From NCBI GenBank assembly GCA_002633005.1, contig NMRA01000414.1, forward strand, positions 344,038 through 408,037: 64,000 nucleotides of DNA, in the 5' to 3' direction. The notes beneath the pieces are model-generated. The model was not told the DNA's origin. It saw only the letters and a program-made list of their open reading frames with translations, and did no database searches. This stretch comes from Phoronis australis. Its lineage: Eukaryota; Animalia; Phoronida. Positions 63,500 through 64,000 of this stretch are shown piece by piece. Both the position numbers and the translations under genes were made by a program. The number at the start of each line of letters is the position of its first letter. Within the stretch, counting starts at the first letter, position 1.

Positions 63500-64000
63500 T
63501 TAAAGGAGCATGCCACCCAAAAAACAACCTAATTTGTACCAATTTAGATCGAGTAGTTCTACTCCATAAGGGCACGTACGGTTGCGTTACCCGACACCTG
63601 ACGGCAGACGGAGGTGTTGAAATTATCCAATGACGTCATCGGTTTCACACGCAGTCTGTTCAGCAGTTCACAACACGGCGGGGTAATTGGTGTCAGCTTA
63701 TTGCTTGAATTCATCGTTTAACACCAATAAATCGTCAAACTTCGATGTAAAACCCTTAAAAATACACCAAGTTCTTATGAAAATGTGTGGTTTTATTTTG
63801 CTGTTACGGATTTATTGGTGTTTGGACACACCGTAGCCTACAAAGTTCGGCAGGCCAATAAGGTCCGTAGCAGGAGTTTGGGGTCTGTTCGGAGATAAAT
63901 TTAAGTATTTTTCCGTGAGATAAAGACAGGAGAATCTACATATGTGTTGTTTAGACTTGTTATGTTTTGAGTTCTAAACACACAAAACGATTGTTATCCT
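63500..64000. mobile_element. Possible left end of a TTAA-flanked (Kolobok-like) non-autonomous DNA transposon
   Basis: TTAA followed by AGGAGCATGCCACC, then CpG-richer sequence; the other end is not visible in the window. Confidence 0.25.

Overview
AT-rich, intron-rich eukaryotic DNA from a draft assembly of a metazoan, probably a marine invertebrate (N-gap at 57762-58312, single N at 15168). Walking GT-AG junctions by hand gives five spliced genes. (1) A 3-exon stand-alone zf-3CxxC / RTP-family gene (+, 1324-3619). (2) An 18-exon gene encoding an AT-hook plus 17 C2H2 zinc fingers (-, 24605-8848). (3) WRAP73/WDR8 (+, 24692-33907, 12 exons), head-to-head with the zinc-finger gene, with start codons only 86 nt apart. 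(4) TPRG1L (-, 46696-37256, 4 exons), tail-to-tail with WRAP73, as I recall for human 1p36. (5) The 3' 13 exons of REV1 (-, 62701-49680; 5' part beyond the window). Introns hold several MITEs, minisatellites, a tRNA-derived SINE-like head, degenerate Penelope-type hammerhead motifs and two copies of a non-autonomous Helentron (HINE/DINE-1/pearl-like). That element has a central ~150-bp satellite in which almost every subunit carries a near-consensus CTCF-type motif. No prokaryote-type system (CRISPR, operon) is present. All family assignments come from motif recognition; no database search was run.
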